Counted from the stretch's first letter, positions 46,201-61,117 are shown. The stretch is DNA of 64,000 nt from the human T2T-CHM13v2.0 reference genome, Homo sapiens (GCF_009914755.1 NC_060926.1); one strand, 5' to 3'. Notes: a model not told the origin generated them from the sequence alone. Made by a program: numbers and translations.

Positions 46201-46550
46201 TGTATTAGTTTGCTAGGGCTGCCGTGATAAAGTACCACAAACTGGTTAGCTTAAACAACAGAATGTTAAAGTTCTGGAGGCTAGAAGTCCAAAATCAAGA
46301 TGTTGACCAGGTTGTTTTCTTTTGCGACCAGTGTAGGAAAATCTGTTCTAAGCCTCTTTCCTTGGTGTGCAGGTGACCGTCTTCATGTCACATGCTGCTT
46401 CCCCTTTCCATAGGGCAACAGTCATATTGAATTAAGGCCCACCCTAATGACATCATTTAACTTGCTTACCTCTGTAAAGACGCTGTCTCCAAATAAGACC
46501 ACATTCTGAGGTACTGGGGTTACGACTTCAACATATGAATTTGGGGGGTG
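46201..46550 (-). mobile_element. MLT1B-like LTR within an L2 tail
   Basis: tgtattagtttgctagggctgcc...acttcaacatatgaatttgggg. Confidence 0.8.
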
Positions 46551-47081
46551 CCAGGACACAGCATCTGGATTATAGAAGGCACAGTCCTTATTCACAAAGA
46601 GTTTATCATCCCATTTTGAGGTCAGGATTTAGTCACAGGACACATTCAGAACACCCTTTAGGGAATGTAATCAAATGATAAACTCTTTGTTTTGGCCAGG
46701 AAGCCTTTAGAGCAGTGGCTTTGAAATTTCATGTTCACAGTCCCCTTCACAATTACTGCCACATCTTGATGCTACTATTTACTTGATGCTTTTTCATCTT
46801 TGCTCTTTTTACTTAAGTGAGTTTACCTCAGTCCATTAATGGAAAACCAGTATCCCTGCCAAAAATAGAAAGTAAATTTAAAACTAAACACATTACAATT
46901 AAATTTTAAAATACTGCCCATGAATCATATGAAATCCTTTTACCCCAGTTCAACATAGCCCTAAAGGCTGGAAGGAGCCCTCTGAATTAGGAAATTATTA
47001 GACAACTTTGGTCCAAATTCTGTCACCATCATCTGTCATGGGTAAGCAACTTAACCTGTTAACTTCCTCCTCTGGTTCCCA

Positions 47082-47095
47082 CCATCAGGTGGCAC
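47082..47095 (+). promoter_or_regulatory. Possible CTCF core motif
   Basis: CCATCAGGTGGCAC matches CCASYAGRKGGCRS at 13/14; motif only. Confidence 0.25.
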
Positions 47096-47155
47096 AGTTA
47101 ATCAGGTGGAGAGCTGCCCTAAGAATTATATGAAATATGAAATAACATGAAATAG

Positions 47156-47808
<653 letters not shown>

Positions 47809-49551
47809 TAATGGATAAAATGGACAGCAGATGAAAAACTTGAACCCTTACTTCTGCTCTTTTCCACTCTCTAATCTGGAGCTCTCCCTGTATTCTCTGA
47901 GGTTTCCTACAGTTACACTGCCCACCCACACCAGCCTGCACTTCTCTTAGCCTGTTGGCTGGTGCTGGTCTCTATAGGAACGCGGAAGCTGTTCTTAGTG
48001 ACAGATGACCTCATTTCCATCACCCCGTGCTTCAAGCCTCAAGGACTGAGGCAGGTTCTGCCTTCGTTGTGTGTTGCTGGTGATCACTACTCTGCAGCTC
48101 ACCTCTGCACTCAGCTGTACCCCACCAACACAGTCATCAAAAAGCACTGAGAAGACAGTCCCCTGATTTTCTCTTCTTTGCTGCTTTTGAGTGAAATGCT
48201 TTGCTTTTCCATAAATAGTTCAGAGCCTCACGCCACGTGAATATTTCTTCAAAAGTGGTTCTCTCCAGGGGACTTGAGCACAGCTGTCAGTTAGCTTGAC
48301 TCAGAAGCAACAGACCAGAGAAAGGCAACATTTCCCCCAACAGCACTGTTTTGTATCCCACTTTACTCAGCCAGAGTCAGCTCAATTTCACCTCTGAATC
48401 TGAGACTGAAACCCTACCTGTCCTCCATTCCTGTAACATCTCCATTTCCAACTTGAAAAATAAAGCCAAACAAATCTCAGTATGTGTTAGGATCTTCTCC
48501 CCTTCTAACTTCAAAGATAAAATGTGCTTAGGAGGCAGGGAAGGGCTGATTGAGCTGGTATCGCCATGATCTGGTGCGAACATTCTGTGAGTGTGGAGTG
48601 TCTCTCTTTCCCTCAAAGGGGCCTTCCTGAGTCCTAGAGAGAGGACCCATTTCTGGAGACTTGCACTTGCAAATTCCCCTGAGGTGGTCACTAGCCCTAG
48701 ACACTAGGCTTCAGGACCACACACTGCCTCTTTCTGCCAGGGTCTTCCATCTGGCCTCTGAGGCCCCTGGGTAACATCAGCCCCTGGGGACTCCTTTCCA
48801 GCAGGAGTAACAGTGCCCCAACACCAGCTTTGTTGTGGGCGGATCCCCCACACCTGGTCCACAAGAATCATGTGTTCTTGCCCCAACAACTCAAACCGTG
48901 CAGGTTATTGTCAGCACAGCCCCTCTCACTCTGAGTTCCAGCCACAGCCTCTCACCTTGGGAGTCTTCAGGTGTGGGTCGGATATCAGTCCACTGCAGAC
49001 AGCACTCATGAAGCTCTTAGAGCAGTTCCCTTCATGCCTCTCTCATCTGACTTAAGGTAGAGGGAAGTACCCCTGCTGAGGCCCTGAAGTGAAAGGTGAC
49101 AGCCATACCCAAAGTCCAAAGTGAGATGCCTCACTGTCCAAGCAGGACATGGGAAGAAGGTGGTCCAGAATCATTCTCATGACCCTTACCTGGCTACCAG
49201 GTGAGAGAGGAGTTGTTGATTTCATAGGGGATTTCTCTGGGGCCACTGTCTATGTTCTGGTGAACCTGTTATCTTTGTCAAAAACATATACATACACTGA
49301 AAAGAAGCAGGGTACTTATATTCCTCGGTAGGAGACTGGATGTGCATGTTAAAAGTGTAGTAGGAGTCAAAATCTTGTACAAGGTTTCCAAGCCTATGAG
49401 ATTGAAAAAATGGCATTTCTACCAACAAAAACAGGGGAATCAAGAACTGGTTTTGCTTGTCAGTCTGTTCGTTTTGAACAAACTGAGTTTGAAAGTGAGT
49501 AGCATATTTGGAGAGAAATGATCCTGGGAGCTTTAGACAGAGGTTGGGATT

Positions 49552-49758
49552 CAATAGGGGTATGCTGGGACACTGGCTCTCTGAGGGTGGGAAAGCCCTG
49601 ATGTGTAGTGTTTGCTGCTTCCTGTGGTGTAAATGCTCTCATCACAGCTGACTTCCTGCTACCAACGTGCACGCACTGAATGCGGAGCTGAGCTTTCCGT
49701 GCATGACATGCAGAATGGGCTCCCAGGAGCCAGTAAGAGATGGCTCCAGGCACCTTTG
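49552..49758 (-). mobile_element. MER63-type hAT element, opposite orientation to the 43060 copy
   Basis: aagccctgatgtgtagtgtttg...gtggtgtaaat...gctaccaacgtg is the reverse complement of the 43060-43240 core. Confidence 0.65.
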
Positions 49759-51539
49759 GTTGGAGATGAAGCTTTCTGCTTAAACTGGCCTCTTAAAAGG
49801 AAGGACATCCACAACAAAGCCTGAAGAATATTTAGAATAAGGAAAGAAACAAGTTTCTGTAAAAATGAAAGGATTGGCCAGAAAACTGGGAGATCCAGGA
49901 CAGTGTCACAGCCAATGAAGAAAAAAGTCTCAAAAAGAAGGGGCAAAAAACAGTATCAAAGGGTGTTGGGAGTTGAAGATTAACAAAAGGTTTAGTAATA
50001 TGACTTTTAAGAGTTATTGTTGATTTCCAAGTGCATGGTTTTACTACACAGTAGGGATAGAGGGGTTCTAGTTGTAATTTCTCATAAAAATAAGAATTTT
50101 CTATTTGAATTTTATTTCTTCGTATCTTTCTCTTAATAGAGATAGCTTTTCTTACTAGAGATATTAAAGAAATTATGCTGAAATATTTTAGCTTACAGAC
50201 ACTTGCATTGGTCACACTGACCTTTAGAAAACAATAAATTACATCAGTTACAGTTTAGAGAAAGATGAATAAGTTTTAAATTTTGTGGCAAAGAAATGTT
50301 TGTACTATATACAATCATGTTAGAACATCTCACTCTCTCCTATGCCTAGGGCTTATATAAGCAAGCACTCAGCCCTGTGGATTTAAAATCCCAAGGACAG
50401 TGTGCTGCACTAAAAAGGAAACATAAGAGATAACAGAAAAAAAAGTATTTCTATGTATTTGATCATAAAGATCACCTAAAAAACTGTGGCAGCTTTACAA
50501 AAACAGTATTGGTGAGATATTTTAAATGGTGCTATTAAAAAACTAGCAAAAAATTATAAATTAAACCTCTATGAGCCTCCATCTAAGAAACTGAATCATC
50601 ATATTCTACTGAATCTTGGAGGATCAGATTCATGTTCAGTGGGAGGCCCAGTAAATGCCCATTTAACATATTTCAGTGTAACCACACAAGCCTACTGGGT
50701 GCAAGAGAGGAGACTGCCAAAGGGGACAATTGAAGCAGCATGGGAACAATTCCAAACCCTGCATGTGTGACCCAAGAGGGAACGTGAAATATACAATTCT
50801 TCCAAGTATCCCGCCAGGCTGCAGGGAATTTTAGTTTTTGATGACAAGGGCTTTGTTGTTATTATTTGTTTGTTTTCTTATAAAAACAGCCCATAAACAC
50901 AAGCTAACTTCTTCTCTGGCACTCAGTCTGAGACAGCAGTCTGTTCTAAAGCTGGAAGAAAAACCTGCCATTGAATTTGGTGTTAAGTCATATTGCTTTC
51001 CTAAGGAGTTTTCAGGGGTAATTTTGGCTATACTAAAAAATCACCTTCAGGAAGTGGCTTTAGCAACTAATTCCTTTTAAGAAGCAACTCCACGATGAAG
51101 GAAATTCCTATTAGGCACTGTATTTTTCCCTGTTGTTTTACTGAGCAACCAGGTACACATTACTTAATCCATCTAAGCCTTCGGCTTCTAATTTGTAAAA
51201 TGAGACCGATAGAGTCAATGATCATTAATTTTAATTCTAAATTTAAAACCTTTATGGCTCTATATTTTAAAATACACTTCAACAGATAAATAATATTTTA
51301 ATGATTCCAAATGATGAAAAATATCATACTTCACTGCTAGCATTCAATTTCCTTAAATAAGTAATATAGTTTCCTTAGATTTGAGTGAAACTTATTTAAA
51401 ACATAGAATTGTGGAGATTCCAAAGACAGCATCACATAATAAGATGTCACTAAGATGACAATGTTGCTGCTTGTCCTAGCAGTGTTGATGCAGTTAGAAA
51501 GAATTTTACAAGTAATAATCCTGATTATTTTTAATTAAA

Positions 51540-51645
51540 AAAATTTTTAGAGACAGGCTCTTGCTATGCTGCCCAAGCTGGACTCAAACTTCTGGGCTCA
51601 AGTGATCCTCCAGCCTCAGCCTCCCGAGTAACTGGTACTACTGGC
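51540..51645 (-). mobile_element. FLAM-like Alu monomer
   Basis: agagacaggctcttgctatg...tcagcctcccgagta. Confidence 0.75.
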
Positions 51646-52200
51646 AAACAATGCTGATTTTTCAAAAGAATTTTATTAGTTGCATAACACTCCATTCAGG
51701 CAAATGAATCACATGATGGACCAGAAAACTCCAAGTTACCTTACATATGCTGACCAGTAACCTTGCTCAAATCAGCAGTTACATCGAGTCATGTGCATAG
51801 CACAGTTCACCTTGTTTATCTCCTTGAAATGTCTCAGAAATGACAGGTTTTGGCAGTTAAAGTGAAAAGAGAAAAAGTGGCTGTCATGGAGCCCCAAACT
51901 AAGAATTTAACCTCTAGATGTTCGCTGAATTCTTAAAGCTTTCCTTTTCATGGTGAATGCTTTACAATGTCAAAAATATGCCACAGACTTACACTTAAAG
52001 AAAAAAAACCCTACTATTTACTTGGATGCCTTAAAAAGATACATAGTAAATATTTAGACTCCTGTTAGTTAATTTAATGTAAATTCCCAGTTGGAAATTT
52101 CACATTTTTTAGGTTAGTCATTCATTAACATATTTGAGTCTAATAGTATAGCTTAGTGCTATAAATATAGTCCCCAAAAAAGCAGTACTTAATTTTGTAG

Positions 52201-52513
<313 letters not shown>

Positions 52514-53479
52514 AGATGATCACTTCTTGATCCATCAATAATCTCAAAACAGCACTTGCTTGTACTAGAGGTATAATAACTATATCGCAAATATACTGGT
52601 ACATATTTCAGAGTGTCAAAAATATAATAGATATTCTTCATGTCAAACAAGTTATAACTTTCAGGAAAACATCTATGACTGCTTAGAGCAACAGATGCAC
52701 ATTTTCGGAAACAAGAGAATAAGAAAAGACCAAAAAATGAGAGTATAAAGCAGTAGACATACTGAATTCAGGAAAATGTTATTTCTATTTAAACATAAAA
52801 TGCTTTCAATATTGAAGACAGATCCTATAGGTAAGGAAATGGGAAACAAAAGGCTGGTACACTGTAAAAAATTAGGAAAAACCTGCAATGATGACTTATT
52901 AACTATGATCCTGAATATAGAGGATATTTAAAAAATTTTTTCAGAAGCCTGGTACATTGTAAAGTTCTAACATTGTTAAACAAACAGATGAATGAATACC
53001 AAAGATATTCTGTTCAATAAAATCATTAGTTGAAAGCTACATAACATGGAATCATCCTCAATAAAAAAGTATTTACTCACACCATAATTACTCTAGCTTA
53101 AAACCAACTCTCGAATGAATTAATGAATCTGCACAGATAATGCAGCACAGAGAGCTGGGTAAGGTGCTCAGCCTACAACATGAACAAGATGCAGTTAAGG
53201 AGTTAAGAGTGCAATGGAAGGAAGAAGCATGGAGAAAGACAAATTATAAATAACACAGTGTAATCAGCACTGAGACAGCGATATTATAAAATACCTAAGG
53301 GAGTAGGAAAACAGACTGATTACCCAGAATAGTTAGGTAGATTACCCACAGAGTGGGCGATTTTTCTGAATCCTCACTTAAAAGATACACGGAATTCAGA
53401 CAGAAAAAGGGAAAGGAACAGGAGGTGTTCTCTTCAAGTACATCTGCAAACCCTTCGGGACAAAAGACTGGCATGTGCA

Positions 53480-53790
53480 CATACAATTTCCACCTCCTGG
53501 AATGACCTTTCTTGTGTGTGAATGCCAAAAAACATCTCAATTTCACATGAAGTCCAAATATCATCTTCTTGGTAAAGCCTTTCTATACCCTTCCCATCTC
53601 TGAACCCATCTCAGGCATTAAACTGCCCCTTCTCCATGCTCCTGTGGTCTTTGTAATATTGTTCTGAATACAGTGCATTACAATTATTTCCTTCCTACTT
53701 ATATCTCACCTATTATGAGCTGATTCATTTTTTATCCTATTGCCTAGTGGCAGCCACACAGTAGGTTCTCAACAAATGTTTGTTGGGGAT
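53480..53790 (+). mobile_element. L2 3' fragment
   Basis: aagcctttctataccc...cacagtaggttctcaacaaatgtttgttg. Confidence 0.55.
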
Positions 53791-55039
53791 GTGTGTAGTG
53801 GGGTGGCTACCTGGCTACTCGCGTATCACAATTACAAATGTTATCTTGTTCCACCTTCAGTGCAATCTTATGAGGTTGGTATATTAAGAAATTGAGGCTC
53901 GGAATGGTTCAGCAACTCTTCCAAGTGCCAACTACTGTCCCGTACCCCCACTCCAAAACGATCCTCAGAGCCACTGTATTATTACCCAATGTTGAAGTTA
54001 ATGGAGACTCTATCCAGTTCCAGCTTGTTTGTAGGTAAGGCATTACCATGGTTCTGGTAATGATTTTATGAACTACAGTAGCTAAGAAAATGTGATCATT
54101 TATACTATTTGACTGTTGTTTTACACATTTTGATGAAGGAAGAGAAATATCATGCTTTCTCAATGAACATACATTTGGAGTTTTGCAATTCATAATTTAA
54201 ATAAAATAAGTACAAAAACTCAAACTATGAAAATGTGGAAGAATCCCTTAACGTCACCACTAAATCTGAGTTACAATACTCTGGTTTCTAAACTTAAAAC
54301 AGGTTGAAAATCTGAGTTGCTCAATGCAGTTTCTCTGAAGTCCATATGAACTGCACACTATTGTGAGGCAAGTCTGTATTTATTCAACAATTCAACAATA
54401 ATGTCAGCCAGATTGTGGGAAACAATTGACGGAAAAAAATATAATGACTTTGATAGTTATCACAGCTCCACTGTAACTCAAAGATTGCAAGCGTAAGATT
54501 GGTTTAAGGCCTTGACTTTACAAATAATGATAAAAATAGCTGGTGCAAAATGAAATAGAGAACACATGAGAGCCTGTTAAGGGGAAGACCCACTGGAGAA
54601 AATGAAGAGAAGATTTTGGATATATCTGACACCTTTCATCATAACCTACATTAATCAAGAAAAAAATATATTCTTTGGTTTGGTAAACCAACAAGGATTT
54701 GAAGTTAAATTGTAAACTTCACCTATGTGCTTCCATTTATTTTATAATGCAACATTTTTTGTATGTATGTGTTCTATAAGAAAATCAAGCCCAGTTGTAC
54801 TCTGGTGCTGCTGATTCAGATAAGTCAGTTCTTTTTTTTTCATCTTCAAATTGTTTATTTATCCAAAAGATTACTGTTTTCAGCCATTATGTTATGGAGG
54901 TTTGTTACATAGAATATGTCTATGAAAAAAACACAATAATAATAGTAATGACTAATGTGGAAGAAGGGGTTTAAAATAGGATGGAATTAAATGTCGTCAA
55001 CAATAAAAGAGAAGATGGGAAAGAAAGTGATTGGAATGA

Positions 55040-55560
55040 AAAGATCCTAAGATTCTTGTACAGTTTGAGGCACTGAAAGATCCCAATTCATTATATGCTA
55101 ACTCAATTACATATGTCAAAAATTGAAAGGATAAACTTTTAAGAGAATAGACTAGAATGTTTAAATTCCAAGCAAATATGCTCAGGAAGAATGTGAGATG
55201 TGGGAGTAAAAACAACTCATCATTTCCATTGAGGGTATAAAAATAGGGGGAAAAAACTAAGAAAAAGCATGATATGCAGAAAATAAATAAGATGTTGTAA
55301 AAAGTCCAAACATATCAAAAGTAAAAGCAGATGTAAAAAACTCTACATGTACCAATTTTAAAAGATGCTCACTTAAATTAGATTAAAAATCATAAAGCTT
55401 TACATGATTTACAGCAGATAAATCTAGAGCATGCCAAAGAATGGCTGAAAGTAAATTGATGGGAAAAGATACACTAAGCAAAAACTAACTGAAAGGAAGT
55501 TGATGTAACAACTGATAACAGACAAAACAGACTTTAAGAAATATAGCAGGATAAAATAAT
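55040..55560 (+). mobile_element. Ancient L1 fragment (ORF2 5' region-like)
   Basis: A-rich; gatgggaaaagatacactaagcaaaaactaac...cagacaaaacagacttt. Confidence 0.45.
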
Positions 55561-56315
55561 TGCATTATAAGTAACTTTATAGGTGTGTCCACTATTTAGT
55601 CCTTAAGAAAGTATAAAAAGCTAATTATAACAAACACAATAAAATCAGTATGTACAGTAAGGAATTATTTTGTGGGTTAGTAATGGTTGCAATCAGAACA
55701 AAGAATTTCTAAACCGCATGCAAAAGCTATCTTAATTCAATCACAAAATATTTACAATTATTTAACATTTACTAATTTTGGCTATATGAGTCTCCTTTAA
55801 GGAAAAGTGACACAAATAAGCATGGGGGGCAATAAAAATACAATAAGGGTAATGTTTCTAGAATCATCTCAATCTATGGAGAGAAGAATGCCTGTATCAA
55901 GTATCGCTTGCAGTCAATATGTTAAAGCATAAAATACACTAAAGCTTCTTTGGCTACACCAACCTATGCAATTTTCGAAAACCCATCTAATATCCAGGGG
56001 AGTCTTTCATAACCATTTTGAACATGTGGACTCCTCTGTGGACCAAATCTTCCACACGCATATTAAAAGGAAGATCCGTGATAGTCTGAGATACCAAGGT
56101 GATCCTGTGAATTCAGATTCCACTAAGCTATTTTTCATCTATAATGGTCATGCACTGTCCTTGGTACTGCCCTGGGTATGCCTGCTCATTCAGTCTCTGA
56201 ACACCTTGCAAAGTGTATTCCAAAGTATGAGACTTTCTAACCCCTAGTATCTATTCTTGCAGTGACCATACAAGGATGCCTTAAGCTTTGAAACAGACTG
56301 GAGGACCAGACACAT

Positions 56316-56757
56316 TGTTAGCAAGACATTCTACTATGGGAGAGACACTGATTGCTCACTGAATAGCCAAAGGCTTCTATGCATTTCCCAGTCCCCTTGC
56401 AGTTAGACAAAATTTTGCTACCAATGCTGAACAATGAGCTCTGAGCCGAAGTGAAATGTGTGGCTTTGGTGTCTAAGTATTTAAGAGCTAGCATAAGAGT
56501 TTCCAGCTCTCTCTTCCCCTGACACTTGCCCAAAGAGGTCATGTGTCCAGATGGCATAATGATAAAATGGTTGAGCCTTTAATAATCTAATATGGAAAAA
56601 ATAAAGAAGGTGATGAGCCTGAGTCCCTAAGTGACAGTATGAATCAAGCCCCCTGCCAACCCACACGAGACATGCAGCATTAGCAATAAATAATCCTTTG
56701 TTCTGTTAAGCCCTGAGGATTTAGGGTTAGTAAATTATTGCAGCATAATCTGACTAG
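56316..56757 (+). mobile_element. MLT1I/J-like solo LTR
   Basis: atgcatttcccagtccccttgcagttag...tgttaagccctgaggatttaggg...gcagcataatctgact. Confidence 0.7.
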
Positions 56758-57289
56758 GTGAAAAGAATTTAGAGTTAAGTTGTTCCAAAAAACAATTACA
56801 TGTTCAAAGCTCTTACTTTCTAAGAGCATTTTAAAATTTTAAAAATATGACCTAAAACAACTTTTCTTCACCAGGAATCATGATAAAATATCAAAAGAAC
56901 TTAGGATCGGGCACTCTTAACTATATTTGATAGCTATTCTGAAGATGAAAAACCTAATGCATTATTTGTTCCATTTGATTGAATTTCAGATTAAATTGTG
57001 GATTTCCCATCACCTTGTAAAGCATGTTGATTTAGAACCTAAATAATACTCAAATTAAAATACTGTATTATTTAGCATTCACATTTTAAGTGCTTATATA
57101 ATTTCTAGAGCTCTGCTTCAAATAAATGAATTTTGTTTTCCTTAGGTAGAAGTGGCCCATTGTGTCACTTTAAACTGGAAATCCCTTCTTGGGAATTCAT
57201 TCAGTGGGTAAGTTTGAGCTGCAGCTTCAGGCTACCAGTAAAATGATTTTATTATTATTAATAATTACCAAAATATTAATGATAGTTTA

Positions 57290-57505
57290 TAATAATAACC
57301 TTACAATCTGCCCAAGCACCGTGCCGAGCATTTTATATGCAATATCTCATTTAATTCTCATAATATTGGTGGTTTAAGTCATTTTTTTAAAAATGGAGAA
57401 ATTGAGGTTTAAAAAGTTAAATTATCTGCCCATGGTCATTCAGCTAGTCATTCACTGAATTTACTAATGTGTCTAACTATAGCGCCTGTGATCTCAACAA
57501 TTGAT
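57290..57505 (-). mobile_element. MIR
   Basis: tctcatttaattctca...agaaattgagg...gcccatggtca. Confidence 0.7.
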
Positions 57506-57684
57506 AACGTCAGAGCTTCTCAAAGTGTGCTGCTGTGACGGTCCTGGGTAGTTCATTGACAAAAGTTATTCCTTAACAGTTAATGCATGTCAGAAAGAAA
57601 TATACCTAACAACGCAAACCTTTCTCTAACACTATTGCTTAGAACATTGTCAGGGTAGAGAGCATGTTTTGTTTTAATCAAATG

Positions 57685-57768
57685 AGTTATTTCACTTCAC
57701 CTCCAGGTTCATCTATGTTGTCACAAATGAGAGGGTTTCCTTCTTTTTTAATGAATGTATAGTATTCC

Positions 57769-57813
<45 letters not shown>

Positions 57814-58015
57814 ATCACATTTTTCTTATCCATTCATCCACTGATGGACACTTAGGTTGACTGCATATCTTGGCTATTATAAATAGTGCTGCAATAAACA
57901 TGGGAATCCAGATATCTCTTCTGTATGCTGACTTCATTTCCTTTGGATATGTATACCCATAAGTGGGATTGCTGGGTCATATAGTATTTATATTTTTAAT
58001 TTTTTGAGAAGCCTA
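57685..58015 (-). mobile_element. L1MA/MB fragment, left part, with (GT)n at 57772-57811
   Basis: aggttcatctatgttgtcacaaatg...tgggattgctgggtcatat...tttttgagaagcc. Confidence 0.85.
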
Positions 58016-60412
58016 CATAGAAAACTCTTTTTATGATGCTTTGCTTTATTGCACTTCACAGATAATGTGTTTTTTTTACAAATAGAAGGTGTGTGGAAAC
58101 CCCACATTGAGCAAGTCTGTTGGTGCCATTTCTTTTCCAACAGCATATGCTCACTTCATGTCTCTGTGTCACATTTTGCTATTTATTGCAATATTTCAAG
58201 CTTTTTCATTATTATTATGCCTGTCGTGATGATCTCTGATCAGTGGTCTTTTGATGATATTATTGTAATTGTTTTGAGGCACCATGAACTGTGCCCAAGA
58301 CTATAAACTTAATCAATGAATATTGTGTGTGTTCTGACTGTTCCACTGACCCAACGATCCTCTTTCTCCCTCTCTTCAGCTGTCCTAACTCCTGAGACAC
58401 AACAATATTGAAATTAGGCCAATTAATAACCCTACAATGGCCTCTAAGTATTTAAATGAAAGGAAAAGTCACACATCTCTCACTTTAAATCAAAAGTTAA
58501 AAGTGATTAAACTTAGAGAGGAAGGCATCTCAAAAATTGAGACAGGCCAAAAGCTAGGCCTCTTGCTTCGAACAGTTAGCCAAGTTGTAAAAGCAAAGGA
58601 AACGTTCTTGAAGGAAATTTAAAATGCTATTCCAAAGTACATACGAATGATAAGAAAGTGAAACAGCCTTATTATTGATATGGAGAAAATTATAGGAGTC
58701 TGGAGAGAAGATCAAAATAGTCAAAATATTCTCTTAAACCAAGCCTAATCCAGAGCAAGACCCTAACCCTATTCAATTCTATGAAGGCTGAGAGAGGTAA
58801 GGAAGCTGCAGAAGAAAAGCTGGAAGCTAGGAAAGGTTGATTCATAAGTTTAAGGAAAGAAGCCATCTCTATAGCATAAAAGTACAAAGTAAAACAGCAA
58901 GTGTTGATGTAGAAGTTGCAGTAAGTTATCCAGAAGATCTAGCTAAGATCATTGATTAAGGTGGCTACACTAAACAAATGATTTTCAATGTGGGCAAAAC
59001 AGCCTTCTATTGGAAGAAGATGCCATCTAGGACTTCCATAGCTAGAGGAGATGTCAATGTCTGGCTTTAAAGCTTAAAGAACAGATTCTCTTGTTAGGGG
59101 CTCATACAGCTGGTGACTTTAAGTTGAAGCCAATGCTCATTTACCATTCCAGAAATCCTAGAGCCCTTAAGAATTATACTAAAGCCACTCTGTTGGCACT
59201 CTAGAAATGGAACAACAAAGCCAAAATGACAGCACATCTGTCATTTAGATTTACTGAATATTTTTACGGAATATTTTGCTGAATATTTTAAGGCCACTAT
59301 TGAGACATACTGCTTGGAAAAAAAAAAAAAACTGCGACAAGTCACCTAAGAGGTCTGATGAAGATTTACAAGGAAATTAATGTTGTTTTCATGCCTGCTA
59401 ACACAACACTCATTCTGTAGCCCATGGGCCAAGGAGTAATTTTGAATTTCAAGTCTTATTATTTAAGCAATACATTTCTTAAGGCTATAGCTGCCATAGA
59501 TAGGAATTTCTCTGATGAATCTGGGCAAAGTAAATTAAAAACCTTCTGGAAGGGATTCACCATTCTAGATGCCATTCACAATTCATGGGGTAGACTAAAA
59601 TATCACCATTGACAGGAGTCTGGAAGAAGTTGATTCCAACCCTCATGGATGACTTTGAAGGGTTCAAGACTTCAGTGATGGAAGTCACTGTAAATGTGGT
59701 AGAAATAGCAAGAGAACTAGAATTAGAAGTGGTGCCTGAAGATGTAACTGAGTTGCTCCAATCTTATGATAAAACTTGAATGGATAAGGAGTTCCTTCTT
59801 ATGGGTGAGTAAAGAAAGTGGTTTCCTGAGATAAAATCTACTCCTGATAAAGAAGCTGTGAACATTGTTAAAATTACAACAACAAAAAAAATTAGAATAT
59901 TCCATAAACTGAGTTGAAAAACTAGCAGCAGGGTTTGAAAAGATTGACTCCAATTTTGAAAAAAGTTCTACTGTGGGTAAAATGCTATCAAATAGCATTC
60001 ATGCTACAGAGAAATCTTTCGTGAAAGGAAGAGTCTGTCAATGTAGCAAACTTCACTACTGTCTTATTTAAACACATTGTGCAGCTACCCGAACCTTCAG
60101 CAACCACCACCCTGATCAGTCAGCAGCTATCAACATGGAGGCAAGACCCTCCACCAGCAAAAACATGATGACTTACTGAAGCTCAGATGATCATTAACAT
60201 TTTTTTATGATAAAGTCTTTTTAAGTTAAGGTATGTACATCAGTTTTTTTTAGACATAGTGCTACTGCACACTTAATATTTAGATTACAGTATAGTGTAC
60301 ACACAACTTTTATATGCACTGAGAAACCAAAAAACTGTGACTGGCTTTAATTTGCTATTCACTTCATTATGGGGATCCAGAACCGAAACCACACTATCTC
60401 TAGTTATGCCTG
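58016..60412 (+). mobile_element. Tigger1 (TcMar-Tigger), near full length (about 2.4 kb), with a decayed pogo-type transposase
   Basis: TA TSD at 58014-15 and 60413-14; end ttatgcctg; ORF remnants MASK...SLTLNQKL...GQKLGLL at 58437 and [13 protein letters not shown]...[14 protein letters not shown] at 59424; many stops. Confidence 0.93.
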
Positions 60413-60670
60413 TATTGTTTTCCATAATGGCTGTACTAATTTACATTCCCACCTACAGTGTGTAAGGGTTCCCTTTTCTCCAAATGTCACCAACACTTGT
60501 TATCTTTTGTCTTTTTGATAACAGCCATTCTAATAGGTGTGGGGTGATATCTCATTGTGGTTTGAATTTGCATTTCCATGATAATTAGTGATGTTGATTT
60601 TTTTTTTTAATATACCTGTTGGACATTTGCTTGTCTTCTTTTGAGAAGTGTCTATTCTGGTCCTTTGTCA
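60413..60670 (-). mobile_element. L1MA/MB fragment, right part, continuing 57685-58015
   Basis: tgttttccataatggctgtactaatttacattccc follows directly from tttttgagaa(c)c. Confidence 0.85.
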
Positions 60671-61117
60671 ATTAGATAGTTTAAAGGAAAATATTAACAC
60701 TATAGCCAATCATCTAAAACTGCAAAAAATCAAGAAGGTGGTGAGCAAGTAATTAACAGTTGGGAAATACGAGACTACAATTCTCAGCACAGGAAAGAAA
60801 AATGAAGACTTGGAACATAGGACACTGAAGTTCCAGCCTTGACTCTTCCCCCAACAAGCTGTAGGGTATCATCATTCTAGACCTTAGTTATTTATTTATA
60901 AAACATAAGCTTAAACTTTGGGATCTTAAAGCTCTAAGATACATGATGATAATGCTTTGGTTTACTATTGCAATCTTACTTTATTTTATTCTCCAAATGT
61001 GAAGAAATATGAAAGATGTCAAAATATATTACCATGATACTTTTTTAAGACTGACAGTCAAAATACAGTTGTTCTGCCATTCACTTTTGAAGACATAATC
61101 AATCCATAGACACTGAG

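Noticed and set aside
58437-59800. Possible domesticated TIGD-like transposase gene
   Set aside because: Reading frame is broken by multiple stops and frameshifts.
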